From a virus, in IMG/VR virus record IMGVR_UViG_3300031746_000002, positions 64,001 to 128,000 of that record: DNA of 64,000 nt. One strand, 5' to 3'. Shown one piece after another: positions 36,812-48,554 of this stretch. The notes under the pieces were generated by a model that saw only the letters and a list, made by a program, of their open reading frames with translations, made no database searches and was not told the origin of the DNA. How positions within the stretch are numbered: the first letter of the stretch is position 1; each line of letters opens with the position of its first letter. The translations under genes and the position numbers were made by a program.

Positions 36812-38504
36812 TGGTTAAGAATAAGAGAACAAAGAAAAAGAAATCATATGAAGTTATTATAGCTATGGTATTAACAACAAAAATGAAAGATGGTGAAAGA
36901 ACAACAATACCCATAACACACTACGATGATAGTGATCTAGACAAGCTACAAGCTATAGTAATTAAACATGTCAACTGTATATTTAAGAAAGGAAAAGAGA
37001 TATGGAGAAAATAAATGGGCAGGTGTATTTATAGATATAGTGTAAAAATATATTATCCAAAAATTCATATGGTACAACTTTGTCAATTAAAAGAAGCAGC
37101 GTATGGTGGCGATTATAATAAGACAGCATGTAATAGTATAAAGAAAGATTGTCCAATTCTTAGAATGGTTAATAGAGTGGAAGAGATAAGGAGAACAAAT
37201 GATAATAACAAACAATGATATTTTGGGATTGTGTTTACTTGGGTTAGTAATAGTAATTTTTGGAATGGGAAGTGGAGGAGGTGGTGGAGGATGTGGAGTT
37301 AATCCTCCTCCTAAAACACCGAGACCAGCAAATCCACCGCAAGGACAAGAGACAAGAATAATAACATCAATAGGTGATAACAAAATAGCGCACCAAGAAA
37401 TGAGAACTTTACAACCACCTCCAGCTACAAAGGAGAAACAATAAGAAAAACGAAATAGCAGAACAAGAGGATAGTATGGAATTTTTTGGTTTAATATTTA
37501 AAATAGTCTTTAGTATATTTGCACTGATTATACTCTATTATATATCTAACTATTTTTTAGGTCCAGTTCTATTTTATCTATTTGAAACTGAAGATAATTT
37601 ATTCTGGTTTGTAGTGGTAGGATTAATAGCTGTATTTTGCTGGAAAAAGGAGGGATAAATGTTATTAGCGGATTGTCTTGGTAAAAGGATTTTGTATGAT
37701 GTTAGATATAGTGAATATGGTATAGATGAAGCAACAGTAGTTGAAATATCTCCCAACAAAGAATATGCACGTTTAAGACATCCTAATGGAAACTTTACTT
37801 GGGAAAGAATAGAAACTTGGAATGGAAAACATCATGTAGTAGATACATTGATAATAAAGAATGGTGCACTATCAATACAAAAGATTATGCATGTGATGAG
37901 AACAGGTAAACCTTTAAAGGAGAAAAAGTAATGGAAACATTGCGTATATTAATGAAGGATCCAGGCATGGCAATATTCTTAATCATATTAGGAATATGTG
38001 CTATTGGGTGCATCATAGGAATATTCTATTCAATATTAAGGAACGACCCAGAAAGACCGTTCTAAAGGAGAAATAACATGGATTATATGGGAATGGATCC
38101 AGCTTTCGTTTGGTATAGCTTCTCATTCTTTATATTTTTAATAATAGTGTTTAGTAGTGCTATGGTTTACTGCAAGCATAGAACAGAAAAAGGTCTTGCA
38201 AGATATTTAATTGTTTATCCTATTTTTTTAACAATCGCTGCAGGTTGGTGCTACCTACAAGCAGGAATACCAGTATTTGTTAGTAGCGATAGTCTTACAT
38301 TATTTTGTGCTGGCTTCTTTTTTATAGGGGGATTTATAGTATTCATGGTTATTTATAACCAGATGAAAAAAGATTTAGGTCCTAGAATTGATATTAAAAT
38401 TAAATCAAATACACAACGGGATAATAAAGGAAGATTTAAGAAGCAGAACAAAATGACTGCAGATGAAATTGCAAGTATAGATACAATAGATTAAAGGAGA
38501 AACA

Positions 38505-39248
38505 ATGGGAATGTATGATAATGTAACAGGCAAATGTCCCTACTGCGGAAAAGAGTTTTATACACAAACAAAGTTATTTGGGTCGATGATGATGAATTAT
38601 ACAATAGGCAGCCGGATATTTGAAAACTCATTAGCGCTTTATGCATCAGTATTACTTAAGGATGTTTGCTTTGAATGCAGGCAGCCAATAGTTATGATGA
38701 TTGAAAACAACATAATAACAGCATTTAAAAAAGTAACTGAAGAAAAACCAATGTATATTGAAGGACCGTGGGGCAGCTTTGAAAAGAATGAAGAAGCTAA
38801 TGCTGTAGACAATGATGGCAACCCAATTAAAACAGGGTTCAGCGGAGGAACAGTATCAAGTGTAATAGATGCTCCATTAGACAGTCATATCATAGACGTA
38901 ATAAAAGAAAGAATACGGTGCATTGATTTTGGACACCATGATATAAATAGCTTCTGTACTGAAAAAGAGTTCTTAAATAACTTATTAATATTAAATGAAC
39001 GAGCAGCTAAGCTACCAGCACATAGCTTACCGCCAAAAGAGATATATGATGTATTACATGCAGCAGAAGAGAATGGAATAAATATCCCACTTACAGTTGA
39101 TGAATGGTGGAAGAAAGAAACGGAGATAAACGAAATGAACAAAGGATTTACATTGCCTGAACTGGTAATTACAACGGTGATAGTAATAGTTATAGGGTTC
39201 TTATTCTGGAAGTTTGTATTGACTACAGTAATTAAATTGATAATGTAA
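38505..39248 (+). CDS. Zinc-ribbon protein with in-frame C-terminal prepilin-like peptide (own RBS/ATG at 39135)
   Basis: MGMYD...CPYC...QTK; C-terminal MNKG-FTLPELVITTVIVIVIG. Confidence 0.6.
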   Translation: MGMYDNVTGKCPYCGKEFYTQTKLFGSMMMNYTIGSRIFENSLALYASVLLKDVCFECRQPIVMMIENNIITAFKKVTEEKPMYIEGPWGSFEKNEEANAVDNDGNPIKTGFSGGTVSSVIDAPLDSHIIDVIKERIRCIDFGHHDINSFCTEKEFLNNLLILNERAAKLPAHSLPPKEIYDVLHAAEENGINIPLTVDEWWKKETEINEMNKGFTLPELVITTVIVIVIGFLFWKFVLTTVIKLIM

Positions 39249-39580
39249 TGAAGATACGAAATAAAAAACAATATTTCAAAGAATATAATTGTGAGAAAGA
39301 GCTTAAACAATTCTGTAAATATGTATTCAAAGATTTAGAACTTAAGGGCTGGAAAGTTAAGAAAGCAAAAGATAGTTACTGTAACCAAAGAACAAAAACT
39401 ATCACATTAGCTGAATATCACTTTGCAGGATTATATCTTTTTGATGCTAAGATATTCTTTCTGCATGAAGTAGCACATATATTTACATATCCGAAAGATC
39501 ATTGGCATGGAGATTTATGGCAAAATAGATACAAAGATCTAGTTTTTAAATTCATCATACATGAAGGAGAAGTATATTAA
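39248..39580 (+). CDS. SprT-like HEXXH zinc metallopeptidase
   Basis: FLHEVAH.....HWHG..W. Confidence 0.7.
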   Translation: MKIRNKKQYFKEYNCEKELKQFCKYVFKDLELKGWKVKKAKDSYCNQRTKTITLAEYHFAGLYLFDAKIFFLHEVAHIFTYPKDHWHGDLWQNRYKDLVFKFIIHEGEVY

Positions 39581-39593
39581 AAGGAGGAGTAAC

Positions 39594-39938
39594 ATGTGGA
39601 TAACTAGGAAATATATTCAAGAACATGAAGACACAATCTTTGTATTTGGAGACAATGTAGAAGGTTATGGGAATGGAGGACAAGCAGCAGAGGCACGTGG
39701 AGAAAATAATGTAATAGGCATTCCAACTAAATGGAGTCCCAGGGAATTCTTCAAAGATGAAGACTATGATAAGGTAATACCCATTATTGATGCAGCATTC
39801 CAACAGATTAAATATCAACTGAACATAATGGGATTTAATATAGTATTCTTTCCAGACATCGGCAAAGGACTTGCAGAGCTTCCAAAGAGAGCACCCAAAA
39901 TCTACCAATATATTAAGGATAAGATAGAGAGCTTCTAA
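39594..39938 (+). CDS. Conserved phage protein (FVFGDN...GGQA...GIPTK family)
   Basis: AGGAGG RBS; FVFGDNVEGYGNGGQA, IGIPTK, IGKGLA motifs. Confidence 0.65.
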   Translation: MWITRKYIQEHEDTIFVFGDNVEGYGNGGQAAEARGENNVIGIPTKWSPREFFKDEDYDKVIPIIDAAFQQIKYQLNIMGFNIVFFPDIGKGLAELPKRAPKIYQYIKDKIESF

Positions 39939-40187
39939 TGCCCAATCCAGAATTAGGTCAAGTTGTCCAAGCCACTCATTTCAAATGTCCCAAGTGTAAA
40001 ACAGATAGATTCATTCTAGATAAGATGGGTTTAATCTGCACTATATGTAAGGCATTCTTTAGTGCAGCATATATCAATTACGATAATGATAACCAACAAA
40101 ACGGAGTAGATATTTATGCTGATAATATAAACCAAGCTGAAAGTTCGACGAAATAAAGCTTAATAATTAAATGGGAAGGATAAGAAG

Positions 40188-40856
40188 ATGGTATCTATTA
40201 AACTAACAAAAGAAGAATATGAGCTTTTGAAAAGTCCAGAGATGCAGAAATATTATATATTTAAAAAAAGTAAAGCATCACACCAGCAATGTTTAAATGC
40301 AGCTCTTACTGAATTAAGCTGGGGTAAATTCATGCAGCCCAATCATATAGATAAAACAAGATTTCCTTATCCTTTATTAAAAGAAGCACATGGGGGATTT
40401 GATTATACACGTTTTGCTGTAATGATAGATATTAAATCAACAACTATAAATGTTAAATATGTAGCAAAATATTTTCAATGCTCTATTGATGCAGGACAAA
40501 TAGATCAAAAATGTGAGATATATGTTTTTATATTTGTAAACATTGAAACTTTAACTTGTATAATTGCTGGATATATTTTAAAGAAAGATTTTATTAAGAA
40601 AGCAAGGATAATTAATCCCGGTGAATTATTAGGTAATAAAAAGCCAGCAGTTAGAAAAAGCTATACTGTTGAAGTACAAGATTTGATATTAATAGAATCA
40701 CCAAGGAATTTTAGTATTGAGATGAAAGCATTAAGTAAAAAATTAGGTTATTATAAGAAATGGAAAGAGAATCATGATTTACATCTTAATTTAACAAAGA
40801 TGAAATCTAAAACAATGCATGCAATAGATTATGATGATGAAGATGATGAGGAATAA
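40188..40856 (+). CDS. Putative PD-(D/E)XK nuclease-like protein
   Basis: E...GGFD.....IDIKST...IYVF...IAGYI pattern. Confidence 0.5.
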   Translation: MVSIKLTKEEYELLKSPEMQKYYIFKKSKASHQQCLNAALTELSWGKFMQPNHIDKTRFPYPLLKEAHGGFDYTRFAVMIDIKSTTINVKYVAKYFQCSIDAGQIDQKCEIYVFIFVNIETLTCIIAGYILKKDFIKKARIINPGELLGNKKPAVRKSYTVEVQDLILIESPRNFSIEMKALSKKLGYYKKWKENHDLHLNLTKMKSKTMHAIDYDDEDDEE

Positions 40857-40859
40857 ACA

Positions 40860-41141
40860 ATGTCAAAACCAGAAAGAGTTCATATAACAAAGAAAATTAT
40901 AAATGAAGCAGTTGGACGTTTTAAAAAAATTGTAGCTGGCAGGTTATACCAAAAGGGATCAGGTGCTTTCATAAACAATCATGAAACTCTTGGCATTATT
41001 ACTGAAGAATATTATGAGTTGATAGAAGCAGTAAAAACAGATGATGATGAAAAAGTATTACATGAATTACAAGACATAGGCGTTGCTTGCATTTTAGGTT
41101 GGATAGGTATAGTATTAGGATGGAGGGAAATAGATAAATGA
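40860..41141 (+). CDS. MazG-like NTP pyrophosphohydrolase domain protein
   Basis: ITEEYYELIEAV......HELQDIG (ExxE...ExxD). Confidence 0.65.
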   Translation: MSKPERVHITKKIINEAVGRFKKIVAGRLYQKGSGAFINNHETLGIITEEYYELIEAVKTDDDEKVLHELQDIGVACILGWIGIVLGWREIDK

Positions 41142-41700
41142 AAACAATATACAAGTATGTAGTACCTCATGATGGCACTGAAATACAAATGCCAATAGGT
41201 GCAGAGATATTAACTGTTGCAATGCAAGTAGGTGAAATATACATCTGGGCAATAGTTGATACTGATAATAAATTTGAAACAAGAAAATTTATAGCCCAAG
41301 CTACAGGAAGAGAAATGCCAGAAGGCAAATTAAAATATATAGGAACTGTATTTATAGGGACTATGCTTATGGAGTTGGTGTTTCATGTGTTTGAGAAGCT
41401 GAAGGAGTTACAGTGAAAAAAGAAATAATGAATTTTAAAGATGCTATTAACATACTTAAAAATCTTACTGTTAATGATAAGAACGAATCTATAGATATAG
41501 GTATAAATCAATATGACGGTATTTATGAGCATGGTGAATTACATATAGATTTTGGTTTAGGAAATAGTTTTGAAGAAGCAGTAATTAGTGCTGCTAAGGA
41601 AGTAATAAGAAAATATCCAGAATATTCAAAATATTTAAGAATGCCAAATGATAAAATTTTAGAAAATTTTGAAAAGTTTAACTTGAGATAAGGAATTGCA

Positions 41701-42114
41701 ATGAGAAAAGCAATTGACATATGTGTTATCCCTTGGCATGAACGTTGGGCAGTCAAGAAGGACTCCTGCAAGCGACCAATAGTTACTTGCCAATATAAAT
41801 ACCAAGCAATTCATATTGCTGAAGAGCTGACCATCTGCGATAGGATGCCGACATCAGTAAAGATAGGATTAGATGATAGGTTATTCAATAGGGCTAAAAT
41901 CCATTATTTAGTAAGTTATAAAAAAGGAAAGATAGTAAGAACTGGTGTACATAAGTTGGTAAAGAAATTAGCACCAGCATTTGCTGCACCGCTTCGGATA
42001 AGATTGGATTATCAAGGAATTGCTAAAAGGTTGGTTCGTTCATTTAAGAAATTTAAAAGTAAGCTTCCAGTATACGATAAAGATCTGCCGAAACGAAAAA
42101 GGAGCAAACGATGA
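41701..42114 (+). CDS. DUF2188-like domain fused to a copy of the major-capsid N-terminal segment
   Basis: VIP...RWAVKK....QAI..A; C-terminus has 18/45 ungapped identities to MCP codons 53026-53160. Confidence 0.8.
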   Translation: MRKAIDICVIPWHERWAVKKDSCKRPIVTCQYKYQAIHIAEELTICDRMPTSVKIGLDDRLFNRAKIHYLVSYKKGKIVRTGVHKLVKKLAPAFAAPLRIRLDYQGIAKRLVRSFKKFKSKLPVYDKDLPKRKRSKR

Positions 42115-42580
42115 GAAACGAACAAGAAACAATCGAACAGTATAGAAAAGAAGAGAAAGAAGTATTTAGCTTTGCAGAGGACTTGCTTGAATTCGTAACC
42201 TTTGAAGCGGCTAAAGAATTCATAGAACCAAAGCTTCTTAAAGATTATGAAAGCGGCAAAGAGAAGTGGACATTTACAAAACCTACAAGAGCAAATATAT
42301 TAAAGAAAATAAGGGACTACATGGAATTCGCATTAGGGAAAGCAGAAGACCACAGAGGATTATCAGCGGAAAGATCTATAGAACATTTCAAACATTGGGT
42401 CTGGCTGCTTGGCGATAAGGATTATAAAGTAATTAATTGGGAGAACTATACCAATTATGGTACACCAATATTAAAACAAATCTGCGAAGTATATGAAATA
42501 GACTTTCCTGAAGACAATCATAAATTAGTGAGTATGTCACAAGGAAAGAAATGCGACATTGAGTGCGAAGGATGTGGAGA

Positions 42581-42961
42581 ATGAAACAAAAAACTATAGC
42601 AGTAGATTTCGATGGAGTACTAGCATCATATAATGGCTGGAAAGGTTTTGATGTATTGGGACGACCCGATGCTTATATCATTACATTGTTACATGATTTA
42701 CACCAAGAGGGTTGGAAAATAATAATCTTCACAACACGACAAGATACCCCTACATTAAGGGAATGGTTAAAGATATATGAAGTACCATTTAATGAAATAA
42801 ATAGAAACTCAGATAATCCTGAATGTACATCTATCAAACCTATCTATGATATTATATTAGATGATAGAGCAATAAACTATCACGGGCAAAATGTTAGTGA
42901 AATAAAAGATCAGATAGCGGAAGTATTAGCAAACGATGAGAAACGAAAAGATAAAGAATGA
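42581..42961 (+). CDS. HAD-superfamily phosphatase-like protein
   Basis: IAVDFDGVL, IFTTR, KP..DIILDDRA. Confidence 0.85.
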   Translation: MKQKTIAVDFDGVLASYNGWKGFDVLGRPDAYIITLLHDLHQEGWKIIIFTTRQDTPTLREWLKIYEVPFNEINRNSDNPECTSIKPIYDIILDDRAINYHGQNVSEIKDQIAEVLANDEKRKDKE

Positions 42962-44594
42962 CAAAAGTTAAATTACAATTTATGGTAGCAGATTTAGATA
43001 GGGTTGCTTATGTTCCTAATAGGGTCAAGATAAAAATTACAGACCCTGAAGCAATATGTATTACAGGCATGTTGGGTGAAAGCGGCAGGAAGCTTGTCAA
43101 GCAAGGAATATATTTTTACTTCACAAAAAGACTGGCTAACAAACTTATCAGAATGGGTGTCGCTGAAAAGGTAGAATAAAAAAGCTTAGTAATAAAATAA
43201 GGGAGCAATAAAATGATTTACATATCTACAGGAACAGTTGCTATGAGCCAAGATGCAAGACAGTTCTGGATTACTGCAGGAAGTATAGGAATAGTTCTTG
43301 TAGTAATTCTTGCACTTATAGGAGTTGGTTTTTTAATAAGCAAAACAATTAAAAACGCTTAAGGAGAAACAAATGAAACAATCAGCATGGAAAAAATTAG
43401 TAGAACTTATTAATTCATTTAATACTACACCGCTTATGCACCCAAGAGTATCAAGGAAATATATAATGAAGACTTTGCAACCTTGCAAAGGATGTACTTT
43501 AGACAATTATAAACTGATACTTATGAAGTTAGGATATCTTAAGAAGGTACATGCAGGTGTTTATGAAATAATGAATAGAATACCAATGAGTCTTACAAGT
43601 GAAGAAGCATGGAAGCAATGCGGCTATCACAAAGGAAAACGAAATGCCAGAAGCAGAAAGAGTAAAATCAACAGGTAAATATAGCTATACCATAATGTTT
43701 TGTAATGCTGCTTATGGCAGGGAATTTAATATAAGAGCAAATAATATATTTTCTGCAATTAAGAAAGGGACAGACGTTATAAAGAAAAGAATAGCAAAGA
43801 TAAATCCAGAGTTTGAAAAAGACGGACAGGATATCCCATTAAGAATATGGAGAGATTGGGAATAAGGAGAAACAAATGAAACTTGGAATTGAAGTAGATT
43901 TAAAGAGGTTAGAAGACGGTAAATGGCATGTGATGGATGTTCAATATCTTAGTGTTAATCCAGACGAGAAAGAAAATCAAGAGAAAGATTTATTATTTCA
44001 AGGTATAGCATCACATCTTAAAGCTACAACATTTAGTCATAGGATAGTTCCAGATGTGCCGGAGACCAAATGAATAAGAAATTATCTAGAACTAATGAGT
44101 TAAGAAAAGAAAGTGGTAAAGTAACTAGCAATGATGAATTGGTAGCATTCTTATATGTGCTTATGCGGGACCATCTTCCTTGCGGACAAGTAGAACAAAT
44201 AATCCAAGATAATATTCTTGCGCAGAAAGAAGAAAAGATTACATTTAGTAATGGCTATCTTGCAAACTATGCTAAAAATTTAGCTAACATTTTAAGGAGG
44301 AACAAATGAACAGAACAGATTGGGTTGACATTTTTGTTAAATTGTTATTAGCGGGGTTAAGTGCAGTTGTATTGGGCGTTGCAGGTAAAACTATAGAGGC
44401 TATTCCTAAATTAGCAATTTATAATGGAATTAAACATGCATGGGAATATCTAGTTTGGATAGTGCCTATAAGTATTCCTAATGCGTTGCTTTCAATAGGT
44501 GGCTGGATAATAATAGCAGCTGTTATTTCATTGATTATTTTGTTAATGATAAACATCATAAAAAAGCATATATAAAAATAAATAAACTTTCCTA

Positions 44595-44623
44595 TTTACG
44601 TTTTCGTCGAAATATAGTATAAT
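44595..44623 (+). promoter_or_regulatory. Sigma70-type early promoter, copy 3
   Basis: TTTACG-TTTTCGTCGAAATATAG-TATAAT. Confidence 0.85.
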
Positions 44624-44670
44624 ATAATTAAGGAAAAGGAACAAAGACAAAACGATAAAGGAGGAAAGCA

Positions 44671-45471
44671 ATGGAACTCAAACTGGAAAACGGAAAAGTG
44701 GTGGAATTAAGTAGAGAAGATTTAATAAAACAGTTAAATCAAAAGACAGAAGAATTAAAGCAGCTTAATTTAAAGCAACGCGAAATAGATGTTAGATCGC
44801 ATGCAATCCTCGATAGTTTATTACCTCAGTTAAAATCATATTTTGTTGGACTTCCTCAAGCAGTTAAAATCGCAATAGAAGATTCAAGGATAAGATTCGG
44901 GATGCAAAAACCAGATAAGGATTATGATACTGGAATATTTGATTTGAATATCAGTCATACATATTCAGAACCAGAAGTTGTAAATATATACCTTAATTAT
45001 TATACAACGATGACAGATATCAATGATTCATTTGAGCTGATAAGATTAGAAGCACTTGGTGTTTTTGCTAACACGCTTAGAGATGTAACTTTTATAGGTA
45101 AAGTTACAGAAGGGTATAAAGCATATTGGAAGTTCGGCAATGAAAACTATGTTTCAGTTCATTCAGTTACTGAAAGCATCAAGAAGCTTCAAAAGCAAAT
45201 TAAAGAAATAAATTTCAAAGCAAAGTTAGTTCTTGGTGTAATATTTAATACTGAAAATAATTCACATGTTCCATTTTACTTTGGTGAAAGAAGTTATTTC
45301 TACGCTGATACAATAGAAATCATAAAGATAAACGCTAAGTCAGTTAAAGTTAAATACAAAAATCCAAGATATGAAGGTGAACAGATAATAGATAGGGACT
45401 GGATGGAACGCATATTTAATAAAATAGAAGAAGTTAAGAAAATTAAAGTAATCACAAAGGATATGGTGTAA
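44671..45471 (+). CDS. Hypothetical early protein
   Basis: AAGGAGG RBS directly after early promoter; coiled coil plus beta-rich C-terminal domain. Confidence 0.65.
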   Translation: MELKLENGKVVELSREDLIKQLNQKTEELKQLNLKQREIDVRSHAILDSLLPQLKSYFVGLPQAVKIAIEDSRIRFGMQKPDKDYDTGIFDLNISHTYSEPEVVNIYLNYYTTMTDINDSFELIRLEALGVFANTLRDVTFIGKVTEGYKAYWKFGNENYVSVHSVTESIKKLQKQIKEINFKAKLVLGVIFNTENNSHVPFYFGERSYFYADTIEIIKINAKSVKVKYKNPRYEGEQIIDRDWMERIFNKIEEVKKIKVITKDMV

Positions 45472-46778
45472 CAATGGTTAGTATTGAACTTACAATAGCA
45501 CATATAGAGCATTGTAAAAACTGGAACATGAGTTGTTATGAATGCGAATATAGTGGTGGTGATACTGGTTGTTATGACAGTGTAGAAATCAATGGTAAGA
45601 CAAAGTATCCTAAAGATTTAACAAAGGAAGATATAAAACAGTTAACAAAGGAGCCTAAATGAAACTACAGATAGATGCGAAAAAGAATGAGCAGGGCGAA
45701 TATATATTCCAAGGGCAACCTATTCATATAGGAGACGACCTGATACCCCGACAATTAAGGTCTACTAAGGGTAAAGTATTTATAAAACATATTAAAGGTA
45801 TAGAAGACTCACCCAACGTTAAAGGCGTTATATTAGTAGACATAGAAGAAATTGAACTAACAACTGAACAAACAGTGCAACTATTAAAGTTAATGAAAAA
45901 GGCTTAATAATTAAATAAGGATAAACAAATGAAATGTAAAGCAACACTTATAACAAGCCATTTCAATATGCCAAGAGAGGAACCTTGCCAGAATGAAGCA
46001 AAGACAAAGGAAGGATATTGTTTAATACACGATGCAGCTAGAATGGAACAACGACGTTTAAAGAATTTAAAGAAACGTGAAATAACAATGGAAAGAAAGC
46101 ATAAATTATACATAGCTTATTTAACAACTAAACAAAGGAATAACAAATGAAATATCAACCAGGCGATAGAGTGGAATTCAAAAGTTTTCCAGACAATAAG
46201 AAGGGTGAAATCATTGAAATAAGAAATGATAAATATGGTGAGCGATATCTTATTGATGGCGATAATAGAATGGGTTATAGTAGAAAAGAAGATGAAGTCA
46301 TAAGACTCATCAGGAAGAAAAAATGAAACATATATTTATTATTTACGATGGAAGAGCAGCTGGTGGAGATACTGAAGATGCAAGTGTATATGAATCTTGT
46401 GATACATTACAGGAAGCACAGAAAGATAGAAAAGAAATGTTTCCTGATGGTGTAATTTATCGTTATGATATAAATGGCAAAGAGATGACAAATGAAACGT
46501 TCATGAATAATTAAAAGGAATAACATGAGCATCATATATAAAGAAAATAAAAAATTGATTGATAGAATAATTTCTGATATTTTGAAAACAAGAGATGCTG
46601 AAGGATTTAATAGTATAGCATTTATTCATAGATCAGATTGTGAAGTTATATCTCGTAAAATATTAATTAAAGAAAATATCCTATTGGATAAAATTATGGA
46701 TATTGAAGATGCTGTTTGGTATAAAATTTTAGATAAAAGAGATAAAATGAGAGCGAATCTAGACAAGGAGAATTATTA

Positions 46779-47222
46779 ATGGATAAAATTAAATACATAG
46801 TATTAGAACATTCAGCTGATATTCTTATTGAAGTAGAAGGTAAGACACTTGGTGAATTGTTCAGGAATGCAGCGATAGGAATGTGCGAAGAAGTATTAGA
46901 TAACAACACAGTACATTATGAATTCGTTTGTATAGGTGGTTTATTATATTGTGAAAATATTGAATATGGTGAAATCAATGTATTTGATAATATAGAGAAT
47001 GCATTAAAGAATTTTCTTGATCGTGTTAAAGAAATATTATATGATAAAAGAATGTATCCGCAAAATATTCAATTTGATGTGAATGGAATTTCATTATATA
47101 AAACTTTATTAAATCCTGAAGCAGTTTTCTGCGATGAAATAAAAGCAGTCACATTACATATGATGAAGATTACTAGGAGCGAAGATGGTATCTGGAGAAC
47201 TAAAGTATTATTTGATGTATAG
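46779..47222 (+). CDS. Archease
   Basis: Y..LEHSADI.IEV.G.TL.ELF.NAA...EIKAVTLH.M.I......W...VLFDV. Confidence 0.88.
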   Translation: MDKIKYIVLEHSADILIEVEGKTLGELFRNAAIGMCEEVLDNNTVHYEFVCIGGLLYCENIEYGEINVFDNIENALKNFLDRVKEILYDKRMYPQNIQFDVNGISLYKTLLNPEAVFCDEIKAVTLHMMKITRSEDGIWRTKVLFDV

Positions 47223-48554
47223 GAGGAACAATGGATATAAAGAAAATATTAGAAAAATTTGAACAAGATATGCATGAAGCAGGAATGGAGAGAAAATTAG
47301 GAAATAGAATAACAGGTAAAGACAAAGCATATAAAGAAGCTATAGAAGCAATTGAAGAATATGGCAAAGAACGCCGTAATAGTGGCTATCCAGATGCAAA
47401 GGACGATATATAATGCCAGAAAATAATAAAGTAAAGATTACTATAGTACTTGAAGCTGAAGTTGATGCTGATGGTAACTATAAAGCACTATCAATTGAAG
47501 AGTCTGAAACTAAAAGACTTAACGAACAGAAGCAAAAGGATAGCGAAGGGTTTAAAGTAATATATGAAGACATGATAAAGAAGTTTGCTAAGTCAGGATT
47601 ATTCAAAGCTTGGGTTGATGATTTTATAAAGGAGCAAAAATGACAGTTAAAAATATGATACTTAAAAAATTTGAAGATGAATGGTCAAAAATAATGGTAA
47701 TCAAAATGCAAGAGAAGTTTGGCTATACTCATGCTTTTAAAATATCTTTTGATTATGAAAAACAAAAAAGAACAATAGAATGGGGCGATGTTGATATAAG
47801 CACAACGATGCAAAAGAAATGGAAGCATTATGCAGAAGGATTAAATGATAGTTTAAGTGCAATGTTGATTATGTTAAAAGAAATAAAAACATAAAGGAGG
47901 AAACAAATGAAAATAGATAAAGATTTTCCAGATTTCTTAAAGAGCTTAGCAGAGTTCTTTGGGCCAATGCTGGGAATAATAGCTATCATTGTTGTATTGG
48001 CTATTATAAATCCTATTATACTTTTCATATCTTTAATCTTAGCTGCTATATTTAGTGCTTTAGGAATAATGTGGGAAGGTTTTAAAGATATGAAAGAGGG
48101 GCGTTATCACAGTTTCACTGGTGGTTTTGGAGTTAATGTAAATAACGTTAATGAAATTGCAGATAGTATTGCAAATAAAATAAAGGAAAAGAAATGATAA
48201 ATGGAAATGATATAGTCTTAATACTCATCTTAGTGGTACTCATTGAAATCATGATAGAGGTATGCCACATTGAAAAGATTTTGAAAGGGGAAAACAATGA
48301 CAAAGAAAATGAAGAACAGAATGGTAACAAAGTTTCCACTAAAAGTATTGAAAGCAAAAGCGAAGAATAAGCATGAGTTTATTTTGCCAGAATACAAAGT
48401 TAATTTCGCTGACTTGGAACATATTGAATTTGAATTGAGAATGACAGGCATTGATTTGGGTTTGGTTGATAATAAGATTATACGTAAAAGAGTTAAACAC
48501 GCTTTAGAAACAATTAGCAGAATATATAAAAGCAATGAAATCAAAAAGTAATCC

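Noticed and set aside
37199-37444. Gly/Pro-rich small membrane ORF as a collagen-like or repeat protein
   Set aside because: No G-x-y periodicity; just a TM helix with a low-complexity tail
48297-48551. KVNFADLEHIEFEL resembling MCP KVDYEEIQIRRYPV
   Set aside because: Only two identities; similarity is pattern-level and not supportable by eye
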